NCBI GenBank assembly: GCA_963751275.1
Contig: CAVVTZ010000007.1
Location: forward strand, 128,001-192,000
Length of the DNA: 64,000 nt
Origin: an uncultured Gemmatimonadaceae bacterium
GTDB lineage: Bacteria; Gemmatimonadota; Gemmatimonadetes; Gemmatimonadales; Gemmatimonadaceae
Direction of reading: 5' to 3'
Shown: piece after piece, positions 29,881 to 39,475 of the stretch
Numbering within the stretch: position 1 is the first letter of the stretch
How the letters are laid out: each line of letters starts with the position of its first letter
The notes under the pieces: generated by a model
Told to the model about the DNA's origin: nothing
The model's input: only the letters and a program-made list of their open reading frames with translations
The model's database searches: none
Translations under genes and position numbers: made by a program

Positions 29881-29976
29881 ACATCCAGGGGGCGCGGGCA
29901 CGCGCCCGCGCGCGGCGGCCCGCGCCGGCGTTATCTTGCGCAGTCGCAGTTCCTTCCCGAACAGGCCGTGGTGTGC

Positions 29977-32103
29977 GTGAATCGATCGCTGCTCGCGGTT
30001 CTCGTGTGCTTCTCGGCGTGCAGTCCGCTGGCGAAGGTGCCGCCGCCTGCCCCGAGCAATGCGCCGCACAAGGTGGACTCGCTGCCCGCGGCCGTCACCG
30101 CGACGCCGGTCGCCGGCGCCGCTCCGGCCGCGGTGGCGGCCAAACCAGTGGCCGGTGCGCCGCGTGCCGCCGTCGCACCACGCACTCCCGTAGCGCCCCC
30201 CTCGGGCTCCATCGCGACGCCGGTGGATCCGTTCGCGCGCGTCGATCGCATGGACTGGCCCGGGCCCAATCGCTACCGGTCAGCCAGCGGCCAACCGGGT
30301 CCCGACTACTGGCAACAGCGCGCCGACTACGACATCGCCGCGACGCTCGACACCGCTGAGCAGCGGATCGACGGCCGCGTCACGATCACCTACACGAACA
30401 ATTCGCCCGACACGCTGACATTCCTCTGGCTGCAGCTCGATCAGAACCTGTACCGCGAGGGAAGTCTCGGCAGCACGCTGCACGCGGAGGAAACGCGCTG
30501 GGGCGCGCGCGGCTTCCGCGGCGGGTACGACGTCAAGAATCTGAGCGTGAACGGGAAGCCTGCGCTCCCGCTGATCGATGACACGCGCATGCGCGTGAAG
30601 CTCGCCTCACCGCTCCCGCCGCACGGCGGTCGCGTGACCGTGGCGATGGACTACGATTTCCGCGTCCCGGACCATGGCTCCGACCGGATGGGGCGCGATG
30701 GGCGCCTGTTCGAGATCGCCCAGTGGTATCCGCGCATGGCGGTGTACGACGACGTGCGCGGCTGGAACACGGATCCGTATTACGGCCAGGGCGAATTCTA
30801 TCTCGAGTACGGCGACATCGACTACGCGATCACCGCGCCGGCGGGCTACACGATCGCGGGGAGCGGCGTGCTGCAGAACGCCGCCGACGTGCTGACGCCG
30901 GCGCAACGGAGCCGGCTGGCGGAAGCGGCGCACACCGACCGCATCGTGCCGATCATCGCGGCGGGCGAAGACGCGGCCACGCCGCGCGCCGGGACGAAAA
31001 CCTGGCGCTTCCGCGCGCAGAACGTGCGCGATGTCGCGTGGGCGGGCGCGCCCGATTTCCGCTGGGATGCGACGAGCTGGAACGGGATCCTGATGCAGGC
31101 CTACTACGAGATCGAGAAGGCCGGTGCCTCGTGGCAGCGCGGCGCCGAATGGACGCGCTGGAGCATCCGTTTCTATTCGCAAATGGTGCATCCGTATCCG
31201 TATCCGCAGGCGACGAGCGTCGCGGGCCCGGTGGGGGGCATGGAATATCCGATGTTCGTGATGGTGCACTACGGCAAATCCCTCGCGGACACCGGGGCCG
31301 TGTTCAGCACGATCGATCACGAGCAGGGGCACGAGTGGTTCCCGATGCTGGTGGGATCGAACGAGCGGCGATACGGCTGGATGGACGAAGGGATCAACAC
31401 GTACATCAACACCTTCTCGAACGAAGCGCACGGCCCCGACTCGACGCGGTGGACACAGTACATGGACGAGTGGCGGCGTGCGGTGCTCGACGGGACGCAG
31501 GCACCGCTCATGACTCCGGCGGACCGCATCAATACCGGTGCGCTCGGCGCGGTGGCGTACCGGAAGCCGGGCGCGGTGCTGCTCGCGCTCCGGAACCATG
31601 TCGTCGGGCCGGCGACGTTCGACGAGGCGCTGCGGGAGTACGCGCGGCGGTGGGCCTTCAGGCATCCGACGCCGGGAGACTTCTTCCGCACGATCGAGAA
31701 CGTGAGCGGCAAGGACCTCGCGTGGTATTGGACCGCGTTCTTCTACAGCGATGATGTGCTCGACATTGGCGTCGACACCGCCTTCACGGTGATCACGCGC
31801 GCGGGGATGCGCGCCGTCGTCCGGCTGTCGAAGAACACGAGCATCCCGTTCCCGGTGGAGATGCGGCTCAAATTCGCCGATGGCTCGGTGCGCACGGTGA
31901 TGCTCCCGGTGGAGATCTGGACCGCCGGCGACCGGTACGATGCGCTGATCGCGGTCACGAGTCCCGTCACGGGCGTGCGGCTCTGGCCCGACCCGACGGT
32001 GCCCGATTTCGAACCCGCGAACGACCTATGGGGCGATGCGCCTCCGGCGAATCCGAGCGCGCGGTCCGCCGCCCCGTCCTCGATCGCACCGGTCTCGCCC
32101 TAG
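29977..32103 (+). CDS. M1-family metalloaminopeptidase (lipoprotein)
   Basis: GGMEYP, HEQGHEWF..WMDEG, AYRKPG; lipobox FSAC; GTG start approximate. Confidence 0.92.
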   Translation: MNRSLLAVLVCFSACSPLAKVPPPAPSNAPHKVDSLPAAVTATPVAGAAPAAVAAKPVAGAPRAAVAPRTPVAPPSGSIATPVDPFARVDRMDWPGPNRYRSASGQPGPDYWQQRADYDIAATLDTAEQRIDGRVTITYTNNSPDTLTFLWLQLDQNLYREGSLGSTLHAEETRWGARGFRGGYDVKNLSVNGKPALPLIDDTRMRVKLASPLPPHGGRVTVAMDYDFRVPDHGSDRMGRDGRLFEIAQWYPRMAVYDDVRGWNTDPYYGQGEFYLEYGDIDYAITAPAGYTIAGSGVLQNAADVLTPAQRSRLAEAAHTDRIVPIIAAGEDAATPRAGTKTWRFRAQNVRDVAWAGAPDFRWDATSWNGILMQAYYEIEKAGASWQRGAEWTRWSIRFYSQMVHPYPYPQATSVAGPVGGMEYPMFVMVHYGKSLADTGAVFSTIDHEQGHEWFPMLVGSNERRYGWMDEGINTYINTFSNEAHGPDSTRWTQYMDEWRRAVLDGTQAPLMTPADRINTGALGAVAYRKPGAVLLALRNHVVGPATFDEALREYARRWAFRHPTPGDFFRTIENVSGKDLAWYWTAFFYSDDVLDIGVDTAFTVITRAGMRAVVRLSKNTSIPFPVEMRLKFADGSVRTVMLPVEIWTAGDRYDALIAVTSPVTGVRLWPDPTVPDFEPANDLWGDAPPANPSARSAAPSSIAPVSP

Positions 32104-32258
32104 CTGCATCCGGCGGTGACGGCGCTCCCTCGGGCGCAGCCATGAGGGGGTGGCAATCGGCTTACATCGCGTAGTACCGCGCCCTACGGCATCCACCTTG
32201 CGCGGCGACGATCATTCGCCGTGTTCGTGGAGTTCTCAAGTTCCGGCCGGAGGGATTC

Positions 32259-33203
32259 ATGATAGCCGCCAGCAGAGGTGGCAAGGTCGCTGTCGCACGC
32301 GATGCGGAAATGGCGCGCGGAGCGTTCACCGGACCGATCCTGGTCGCGAGCGATGCATTGAAGGGTGCGGACGCCGCACTCGCGGCCGGACGTGTGCTCG
32401 GCACGCTGACCGGCAGTGCGGTGTCGGTCATTTCGGTCGTCGAACCGCTCGCCTTCGTAGGTGGCGGCGCGTCCGTCACGGCCCCCGACGTCTACGTGCC
32501 GCTCGATCCGGCGCTCGAGGCCAAGCGTCTCGACGACCAGAAGATGCTCGTGAAGGAGCAGATGAAGCGGTTGGGCGTCGTCGACGCGTGGGAGATCGCC
32601 ATTCGCGAGGGCACACCCGCGCAGGAGATCGCGGAGCGCGCCAAGGAGATCGGCGCGGGCATGGTGGTGGTGGGCCTCACGCGGCATTCCGTGCTGGACC
32701 GGCTCCTGCTCCGCGAGCGCGCCCTCAACATCGTGCGCGGATCGCATGTGCCCGTGCTCGCCGTTCCGGGTGAACTGCCCGGCCGTCCCGAGCGCATCAT
32801 AGTGGGCGTGGACTTCACGCCGGCGAGCCTGGAGGCCGCGCGTGCGGCGTTCGTGGTCGCCAGCGCGGACGCGATGGTCCAGCTCGTGCACGTACGCGCT
32901 TCGGAGACGCGCGCTCCGGATGTGCTGGCCGAGTGGCATGCGAACTATCAGAACGCGCTCGATGGCGGGTTCGCGCTGTTGGAATCGCAGATCGACATAC
33001 CACCCGGCGTGCAGCTCGAGCATCACGCGATCAGCGGCCGCGTCGCGCAGACACTGCTCGCGCGCGCCGAGGAGTGGAAGGCCGATCTCGTCATCGTTGC
33101 CACCCATGGCGGCGGCCCCATTCGCCGCATGACCGCCGGCAGCGTGACGTCCCAGGTGATCCGCCAAGCGAACCGCCCCATCCTGGTCATCCCGGCCCGC
33201 TGA
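32259..33203 (+). CDS. Universal stress protein, two USP domains
   Basis: PILVASD..VPVLAV and RIIVGVDF..ADLVIVATHG..GSVT..PILVI; alternative start at 32310. Confidence 0.9.
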   Translation: MIAASRGGKVAVARDAEMARGAFTGPILVASDALKGADAALAAGRVLGTLTGSAVSVISVVEPLAFVGGGASVTAPDVYVPLDPALEAKRLDDQKMLVKEQMKRLGVVDAWEIAIREGTPAQEIAERAKEIGAGMVVVGLTRHSVLDRLLLRERALNIVRGSHVPVLAVPGELPGRPERIIVGVDFTPASLEAARAAFVVASADAMVQLVHVRASETRAPDVLAEWHANYQNALDGGFALLESQIDIPPGVQLEHHAISGRVAQTLLARAEEWKADLVIVATHGGGPIRRMTAGSVTSQVIRQANRPILVIPAR

Positions 33204-33208
33204 CCCTC

Positions 33209-33225
33209 GTCAGGGAAATCCTGAC
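33209..33225. promoter_or_regulatory. Inverted repeat, candidate NarL/LuxR-type regulator site
   Basis: GTCAGG-GAAAT-CCTGAC upstream of the kinase-regulator genes. Confidence 0.45.
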
Positions 33226-33310
33226 AAAACTGTGGGTGGATGACCGCCGGACTTCGCAGTGTTCCCGACGTAATGTCAGCGACGGGAGTTACGGAGGATC
33301 CGGTGGAGCA

Positions 33311-34321
33311 ATGGGCAATAACATGACGGTATGGCGGGCGGCGCTCGGCGTGCCGCTCTGGGTGAAGCTGCTCGGTGCGAACGTGATCATCGCGGTCGCG
33401 GCGGTGTTCGCCGTGCGCTCGGCGGCCGCGTCCGCGGGGATGAGCACCGAGCCGCTGATGGAGAGCATGTTCGCCGCACTGGCGGTGAGCGGCGTGATCA
33501 ACATCATGCTGGTCGTGATCGCGCTGCGGCCACTGCGTACGCTGGAGCGCACGGCGGCGTCGGTCTGGCGCGGCGACACGAGCGCGCGCGTGCCGCCGTC
33601 GCTCCTCGCGGACCGGGACATGGCGCGGGTGGGCCACACGCTGAATCTCGTCGTCGACGCGCTGACGGCGGATCGCGCGCGCGCCCAGCGGTTCGCGGTG
33701 CAGATCATGCGCCAGTCGGAGACCGATCAGGCCGGGGTCGCACACGAGCTGCACGAGTCCGCGGCGCAGACGCTCGCGGCCCAGATGCTGCAGCTGTCCG
33801 CGATCGCCCGCGCGACGTCCGATGAGGAGACGCGCGACCAGCTCACGCAGGTGCGCGCGCTGACGGCGGAGACGCTCGATCAGCTGCGCGCGCTCGCCCT
33901 GCGCATGCACCCGCTGTCGCTGGACCACCTGGGTCTGGAGGCAGCGCTGCCCCGCTTGGCGAACAGCGCACGCGAGCGGTACGAGCGTCCGGTGGATCTT
34001 TCCCTCGAGTTGCTGGACGATGTGCCGGTGGAGATCGCATCCGTGATCCACAGCGTCGCCGATGAGGCCATCGCCGCCGCCCTGGAGTCGGGGAATGCCA
34101 CGTTCGTGCGCCTGTGCCTGACCGCGCGCGACGGGGAAGCACGACTGGTGATCGAGCATGATGGGACCGTGAGCGAGGAGATGGCGAGCACTTTTGCAGC
34201 GCGGCAGCGGGTGGTACTTGCCGGCGGCCGCTACGACGTGTCGTATTCACCTGTGTCAGGAACCCGCATCGAGGCGACCCTGTCGCTCGCGGCGATGGCG
34301 GGTCCGGAGGAAATCCAATGA
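33311..34321 (+). CDS. Membrane HAMP-HisKA_3 sensor kinase with degenerate ATPase domain
   Basis: Two TM segments, HAMP, AHELHESAAQTL, LDHLGL; N, G1 and G2 boxes altered. Confidence 0.8.
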   Translation: MGNNMTVWRAALGVPLWVKLLGANVIIAVAAVFAVRSAAASAGMSTEPLMESMFAALAVSGVINIMLVVIALRPLRTLERTAASVWRGDTSARVPPSLLADRDMARVGHTLNLVVDALTADRARAQRFAVQIMRQSETDQAGVAHELHESAAQTLAAQMLQLSAIARATSDEETRDQLTQVRALTAETLDQLRALALRMHPLSLDHLGLEAALPRLANSARERYERPVDLSLELLDDVPVEIASVIHSVADEAIAAALESGNATFVRLCLTARDGEARLVIEHDGTVSEEMASTFAARQRVVLAGGRYDVSYSPVSGTRIEATLSLAAMAGPEEIQ

Positions 34322-34983
34322 TCGATGTCATCAAGGTCGTACTGGTCGATGATCACGCGGTCGTGCGCCGGGGCCTCAAGGCGGTCCTGGGCATGGCGCG
34401 CGACATCCAGGTCATCGGCGAAGCCTCGAATCCCGAGGACGCCATCGCGATGGTGAGCCGTCTCAAGCCCGATGTGGTCCTGATGGACTTGACGATGCCG
34501 GGGGGCGACGGCGTGAGCGCGACCAAGGCCATCGTGGCGTTGCCGAACCCGCCGCGTGTGCTCATCCTCACGATGCACACCGAGGAGGAGTACCTCATGC
34601 CCGCCCTCAAGGCCGGTGCGAGCGGCTATCTCGTCAAGAGCGCGGCCGACCGTGAGCTGCTGGACGCGGTGCGCGGCGTGGCGCGCGGCGACATGTACGT
34701 GCAGCAGAACGCCGGCCGCATCCTGGCGCGCGGCGTGATCGCGAAGGATCCCGCGGCGCAGGAGCGCAAGCGCTTCGACAAGCTGACGGATCGCGAGCGC
34801 GATGTGCTGGTGGGCGTCGCGAAGGGCTACTCGGCGCGCGAGATCGGCGCGAAGCTCTCGATCAGCCCGAAGACGGTGGACACGTACAAGCAGCGGGTGA
34901 ACGAGAAGCTCGGCTTCACGCACCGGGCGGAATACGTGCAGCTGGCGATCCGGCTTCGCCTGCTGAATGGTGATGAGGGGTGA
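34318..34983 (+). CDS. NarL/FixJ (LuxR-family) response regulator
   Basis: VDDHAVVR, VVLMDLTMP, GYLVK, LTDRERDVL..SPKTVDTY. Confidence 0.95.
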   Translation: MIDVIKVVLVDDHAVVRRGLKAVLGMARDIQVIGEASNPEDAIAMVSRLKPDVVLMDLTMPGGDGVSATKAIVALPNPPRVLILTMHTEEEYLMPALKAGASGYLVKSAADRELLDAVRGVARGDMYVQQNAGRILARGVIAKDPAAQERKRFDKLTDRERDVLVGVAKGYSAREIGAKLSISPKTVDTYKQRVNEKLGFTHRAEYVQLAIRLRLLNGDEG

Positions 34984-36218
34984 AGCGGCGCCGCGCGGAT
35001 CCCGGCAAGCGAAAGGCTTCGCCGGCCTCCAAGCCGAAGGCGGCCCGCCGCGTGAGATCACCGCTCATGGAGGCGGTGCGCAGCGGCGATGCGGCGCTGG
35101 TCGCGGCGCTCGACACGTTCCACGCGGACGTGATCGCGATCTCGGTCGACGCGATCGTCTGCGTCGATGAAGAGCAGCGGATCATCCTGTTCAACCGCGG
35201 CGCCGAGATCACGTTCGGCTACGCCGCGGCGGAGATCATGGGAGAACGCCTCGATGTGTTGATCCCGGAGAGCGTGCGGCAACATCACGCCAGGGACGTC
35301 GAGCAGTTCGGCCGTTCTCACGTCGCCGCGCGGCGCATGCACGAGCGCGGCGGGATCTTGGGCCGCCGGAAATCGGGTGAACTCTTCCCCGCCGAAGCAT
35401 TGATCTCCCATCTCGACGTATCCGGTCGCCATGTGTACACCGCCGTGGTCCGCGACATGACGGAACGATACCGCGCCGAAGAGGAGCGCATCCGGCTCCT
35501 GGAGGCCGAACGCCGCGCGCGTGAGGCCGCGGAGGAGGCGACGCGCGCCCGCGACATCGTGCTGGCGGTGGTCTCGCACGACCTGCGCCAGCCGCTGAGC
35601 GCGATCTCGATGATCGCGAGCGCGCTCGCGCAGCCCGATGACGTCACCATGGAGATGCGGCAGGACCTCGCGGGCAGCATTGGGCAATCGGCGCAGTGGA
35701 TGCACCGCATGCTGCAGGACCTGCTCGACGCATTGAACATCGAGGCCGGCCGGCTTTCGATGGAGCCGCACGAGGAATCCCCTGCGGACCTCATCGCCCG
35801 CGCCCAGGCGCTGATCCGGCCGGTGGCCGACGAAGCGGGGCTGCGATTCGAGACGCGCGTCGAGCCGAAGCTGCCGCGGCTCCTGGTGGATGCGCAGCGC
35901 GTGACCCAAGTGCTCGCGAACCTCGGGTTGAACGCCTGCAAGTTCACGCCACCCGGCGGGCAGGTGATGCTGCGCGCGTTCCGGGTGCCGGAAGGCATTC
36001 GCTTCGAGGTCGAAGACACGGGGCGCGGGATCGCCGAGAGCGATCTCCCGCACGTGTTCGATCGCTTCTGGCAGCGGCGCGGCGCGGCGAAGCGCGGCAC
36101 GGGGCTCGGACTCGCCATCGCCCGGGGCATCGTCGAGGCGCACGAGGGCCGTGTCGAAGTGGCGAGCACGCTGGGCCGCGGCAGTGTCTTTTCCTTCGTA
36201 TTGCCGCTCAGGACGTGA
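34980..36218 (+). CDS. Cytoplasmic PAS (FixL-like heme) histidine kinase
   Basis: FNRGAEITFGY..LIPESVRQHH..GRRKSGELFP; SHDLRQPL; intact NACKF, DTGRG and GTGLGL boxes. Confidence 0.9.
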   Translation: MKRRRADPGKRKASPASKPKAARRVRSPLMEAVRSGDAALVAALDTFHADVIAISVDAIVCVDEEQRIILFNRGAEITFGYAAAEIMGERLDVLIPESVRQHHARDVEQFGRSHVAARRMHERGGILGRRKSGELFPAEALISHLDVSGRHVYTAVVRDMTERYRAEEERIRLLEAERRAREAAEEATRARDIVLAVVSHDLRQPLSAISMIASALAQPDDVTMEMRQDLAGSIGQSAQWMHRMLQDLLDALNIEAGRLSMEPHEESPADLIARAQALIRPVADEAGLRFETRVEPKLPRLLVDAQRVTQVLANLGLNACKFTPPGGQVMLRAFRVPEGIRFEVEDTGRGIAESDLPHVFDRFWQRRGAAKRGTGLGLAIARGIVEAHEGRVEVASTLGRGSVFSFVLPLRT

Positions 36219-36412
36219 GCCCCGAACCGGTGACCGGTGGGGCCGCTCGGAAGTCCTTATGGCATCACCCACTGAGCGCGCCGTAATTGGCGCAGCCGGC
36301 GTGGCGGGTTAGATTGTAAAGCGGTAGTCCGGGTCGCCGAACGGGCGTCCGGAACACCGTGCGGGCGCGCCGCTCCGGTTCGCCCGTTCATTATCGCCGA
36401 AGGAAGGTCCCG

Positions 36413-37162
36413 ATGCCGCATTTCGGAAGCTGGGCCGCGCACTGGTGGATGCCGATCCTGTTCGTCGTAATCGCCGGCCATTTGACCAACGTCTGTGTCA
36501 CGCTGTTCCTGCACCGCTCGCAAACGCACCGGGGCGTGACGTTCAGCAAGCTCGTCGAAGTGCCGATGCGGTTCTGGCTCTGGCTCTCGACCTCCATCGT
36601 CACCAAGGAATGGGTGGCGGTGCACCGCAAGCACCACGCGTTCGCCGACCGCGATGGCGATCCGCACAGCCCCGTGCTCGAAGGGCTCCGGAACATCATC
36701 CTGAAGGGCGCGTTCTATTACCGGCAAACGGTCAAGATCCCCGAGATCCTCGAGAAGTACGGGAAGGGAACGCCGAGCGACTGGCTCGAGCGTGTCGTGC
36801 TCTCGCGGCGGCCGTGGATCGGCATCATCCTGATGCTCGGCATCGACATCTACCTGTTCGGCTTCTACGCCGGCCCGCTGGTGTGGGCGGCGCAGATGCT
36901 CTGGATCCCCTTCTGGGCAGCGGGGATCATCAACGGCGTCGGCCACGCGCTCGGCTACCGGAATTACGATGTGAAGGATGAGAGCCGGAACATCCTGCCG
37001 ATCGCGATCTGGCTCGGCGGCGAAGAGTTGCACAACAACCATCATGCCGATCCGCACTCCGCCAAGTTCCAGGCGAAGTGGTATGAGTTCGACATCGGCT
37101 GGGCCTACATCCGGTTGATGCAATTGTTCGGATTGGCCAAGGTCCGCTACGCGCGGGCGTGA
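36413..37162 (+). CDS. Membrane fatty-acid (acyl-CoA, delta-9 type) desaturase
   Basis: His boxes HRSQTH, HRKHH and HNNHH. Confidence 0.92.
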   Translation: MPHFGSWAAHWWMPILFVVIAGHLTNVCVTLFLHRSQTHRGVTFSKLVEVPMRFWLWLSTSIVTKEWVAVHRKHHAFADRDGDPHSPVLEGLRNIILKGAFYYRQTVKIPEILEKYGKGTPSDWLERVVLSRRPWIGIILMLGIDIYLFGFYAGPLVWAAQMLWIPFWAAGIINGVGHALGYRNYDVKDESRNILPIAIWLGGEELHNNHHADPHSAKFQAKWYEFDIGWAYIRLMQLFGLAKVRYARA

Positions 37163-37207
37163 GTCGCCGGCGGCGCGCATCGCGCCGCCGCGCCGGGAGA
37201 TCAACTC

Positions 37208-37483
37208 ATGGACGTGACATGCACCCGCTGCGGCAAGACGCGCGCGGGGTTGGAGCGCCAGCCGTTCCCCGGAGCGATCGGGGCGCGCGCGCTCGCGGAG
37301 ATCTGCGCCGAGTGCTGGGCGCAGTGGCTGCAACAGCAGAAGATGCTGATCAACCATCATGGGCTGAACCTGATGGACCCTCAGGCGCGCACCTTCCTCA
37401 CGCGCAGCATGGAAGCGTTCCTGTTCAAGACGGGGAAGGAGGAACAGGTGGATACCAGCAAAGAAGGCAGCATCAACTGGTGA
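37208..37483 (+). CDS. yggX: Fe(II)-trafficking/oxidative damage protection protein YggX family
   Basis: VTCTRC..GL..PFPG..G..ICAECWAQW..Q.MLINH.GLNL. Confidence 0.85.
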   Translation: MDVTCTRCGKTRAGLERQPFPGAIGARALAEICAECWAQWLQQQKMLINHHGLNLMDPQARTFLTRSMEAFLFKTGKEEQVDTSKEGSINW

Positions 37484-39333
37484 GTCCGCGCCGCGCGCTC
37501 ACGCCGATCGCGATCGCGCTGGTGATCACCGCGTGTGCGACGCCGCGGCCCGCGGCCGCGCCGCTGGCCACCACCATGCAGCTCGAGCATGAGACCGCAT
37601 GGGGTGCATGCGCGGACGCGGTGGATGCCGACTGGGTGAACTGCGTGGTCGAGCACCTTTCCATGCGCCAGAAAGCGGCGCAGATGGTGTGGCCCAACTC
37701 CTTCGCCGAATACACGGCGCGCGACATGCCCGCGTGGCGGAAGCTCACGCGCACGGTCACGCGCGACGAGGTGGGCGGGATCATCATGTCGGTGGGGTCT
37801 CCGCTCGAGTTCGCCTCGAAGGTGAACGACCTGCAAACGCTGAGCGACCTGCCGCTGCTCATCAGCGCCGACTTCGAGACGGGGGCAGGCTTCCGCGTGC
37901 GCGGCGGCTACTTCCTGCCCAACGCGATCGACCTGGGCGGCGCGGTGAACTTTCCGCCGTCCATGGCGCTCGGCGCCACCGGCGACACGGCTCTCGCTTA
38001 TTTGGATGGATGGGTCACGGCGCGCGAAGGGCGCGCGCTGGGCGTGCAGATGAACTTCGCGCCGGTGCTGGACGTCAACAACAATCCGGCGAATCCGGTG
38101 ATCAGCGTGCGTTCGTTCGGCGCCGATCCGGCAGCGGTCGCTCGGCTGGGCGTCGCCTACGTGCGCGGCGTGCAGAATGGCGGCATGATCGCGACGGGGA
38201 AGCACTTCCCCGGTCACGGCGACACCGGGACCAACTCCCATCTCGCGCTGCCGGTGGTGAACGCCTCACGCGCTCGGCTCGACAGCGTGGAGCTGGTGCC
38301 CTTCCGCGCGGCGATCGCGGGCGGTGTGGCCGGCATCATGACGTTCCACGGCTCCATGCCGGCGCTCGACTCGAGCGGTGCGCCCGGCACGCTGTCGCGC
38401 GCGGTGCTCACGACGCTGCTCCGCGACTCGCTGGGCTTCAAGGGTTTGGTGATCACGGACGCGATGGACATGGGCGCCATCGTCGACACGTACGGCAGCG
38501 CCGAGGCGACCATGCGCGCGGTGACGGCGGGCGCTGACGTGCTCCTTCAGCCGGTGGATGCCACGTCGGCGATCGACGCCGTGACGGCGGGCGTCGTGCT
38601 CGGGCGGTACACGGAGGCGCGGCTCGATTCGTCCGTTCGGCGGATCCTGCGCGCGAAGCTGGCGGTGGGCCTGCGCGCGCGCCGCCTCGTGAACATGGAC
38701 AGCGTGCGCTCGATCGTCGGCGATTCGGCGCACGAGTGGGTCGCGCGGCGCATCGCGGAGCGGTCGATCACCGTGGTGCGGGACTCCGCGCACCAGTTGC
38801 CATTGGCGCGGATGCCGCACACGACGCGCGTGCTCTCGATCACGTACGCGCACCGGCCCGACCTCGGCGCCGGCGTGACGTTCGACGCGGAACTGAAACG
38901 CTGGTTCGGCGGGCTGCGATCCGAGTACGCGGATGCCGATGATCCGGCGCCGGACTATCGGCGGCTCTTGGCGCTGAGCGATTCGGCGGAGGTGGTGATC
39001 ATCGGCTCGTACGTGGCGCAGAATTATCTGGCGACGACGCTCAACGTGCCGCCGGAGTTCGCGGCGTTCATCGAAGAGCTCGTGCGGCGCGGACGGCATC
39101 CGTTGGTCGTGGCCATGGGGAATCCGTACCTGCTGCAGCAAGTGCCGGATGCGCAGACCTATGTCGTGGCGTGGGCGGGCTTCCCGCTGTCGCAATTCGC
39201 GGCGGCGCGCGCGGTGCTCGGCTCGGCGCGGGTGAGCGGACGGCTGCCGATCCCGATCCCGCCGTACGCGGCGCTCGGGGCGGGGATCGATTTCGTTCCA
39301 CTGCCGCTCGGGCCGAACGGACTGCCGAAGTAA
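37480..39333 (+). CDS. GH3 beta-N-acetylglucosaminidase-like lipoprotein
   Basis: LISADFETG, APVLDVNNNP..RSFG, KHFPGHGDT..SH, ITDAMDM; lipobox ITAC. Confidence 0.92.
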   Translation: MSPRRALTPIAIALVITACATPRPAAAPLATTMQLEHETAWGACADAVDADWVNCVVEHLSMRQKAAQMVWPNSFAEYTARDMPAWRKLTRTVTRDEVGGIIMSVGSPLEFASKVNDLQTLSDLPLLISADFETGAGFRVRGGYFLPNAIDLGGAVNFPPSMALGATGDTALAYLDGWVTAREGRALGVQMNFAPVLDVNNNPANPVISVRSFGADPAAVARLGVAYVRGVQNGGMIATGKHFPGHGDTGTNSHLALPVVNASRARLDSVELVPFRAAIAGGVAGIMTFHGSMPALDSSGAPGTLSRAVLTTLLRDSLGFKGLVITDAMDMGAIVDTYGSAEATMRAVTAGADVLLQPVDATSAIDAVTAGVVLGRYTEARLDSSVRRILRAKLAVGLRARRLVNMDSVRSIVGDSAHEWVARRIAERSITVVRDSAHQLPLARMPHTTRVLSITYAHRPDLGAGVTFDAELKRWFGGLRSEYADADDPAPDYRRLLALSDSAEVVIIGSYVAQNYLATTLNVPPEFAAFIEELVRRGRHPLVVAMGNPYLLQQVPDAQTYVVAWAGFPLSQFAAARAVLGSARVSGRLPIPIPPYAALGAGIDFVPLPLGPNGLPK

Positions 39334-39349
39334 CCGGTCGCGCGCGCGG

Positions 39350-39378
39350 TTGACGGAACGCGCCGGCGGCGCTATCCT
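39350..39378 (+). promoter_or_regulatory. Sigma70-type promoter
   Basis: TTGACG-N17-TATCCT. Confidence 0.55.
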
Positions 39379-39438
39379 CGCGTACGAACGGATGCGCGGC
39401 GATTAAATTATTCTTTGTTACTAATTCGTGGCGAGCCC

Positions 39439-39466
39439 TTGACATTAGTCGCATGAAGCGACTAAT
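39439..39466 (+). promoter_or_regulatory. TTGACA plus a perfect 9-5-9 operator palindrome before the NrtR-like gene
   Basis: TTGACA at 39439-39444; ATTAGTCGC-ATGAA-GCGACTAAT at 39444-39466. Confidence 0.7.
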
Positions 39467-39475
39467 TAGGCGCCG

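Noticed and set aside
36340..36389. Riboswitch or RNA thermometer in the desaturase leader
   Set aside because: Only a 9-bp stem (GAACGGGCG/CGCCCGTTC), which is expected by chance at this GC; no known aptamer consensus recognised.
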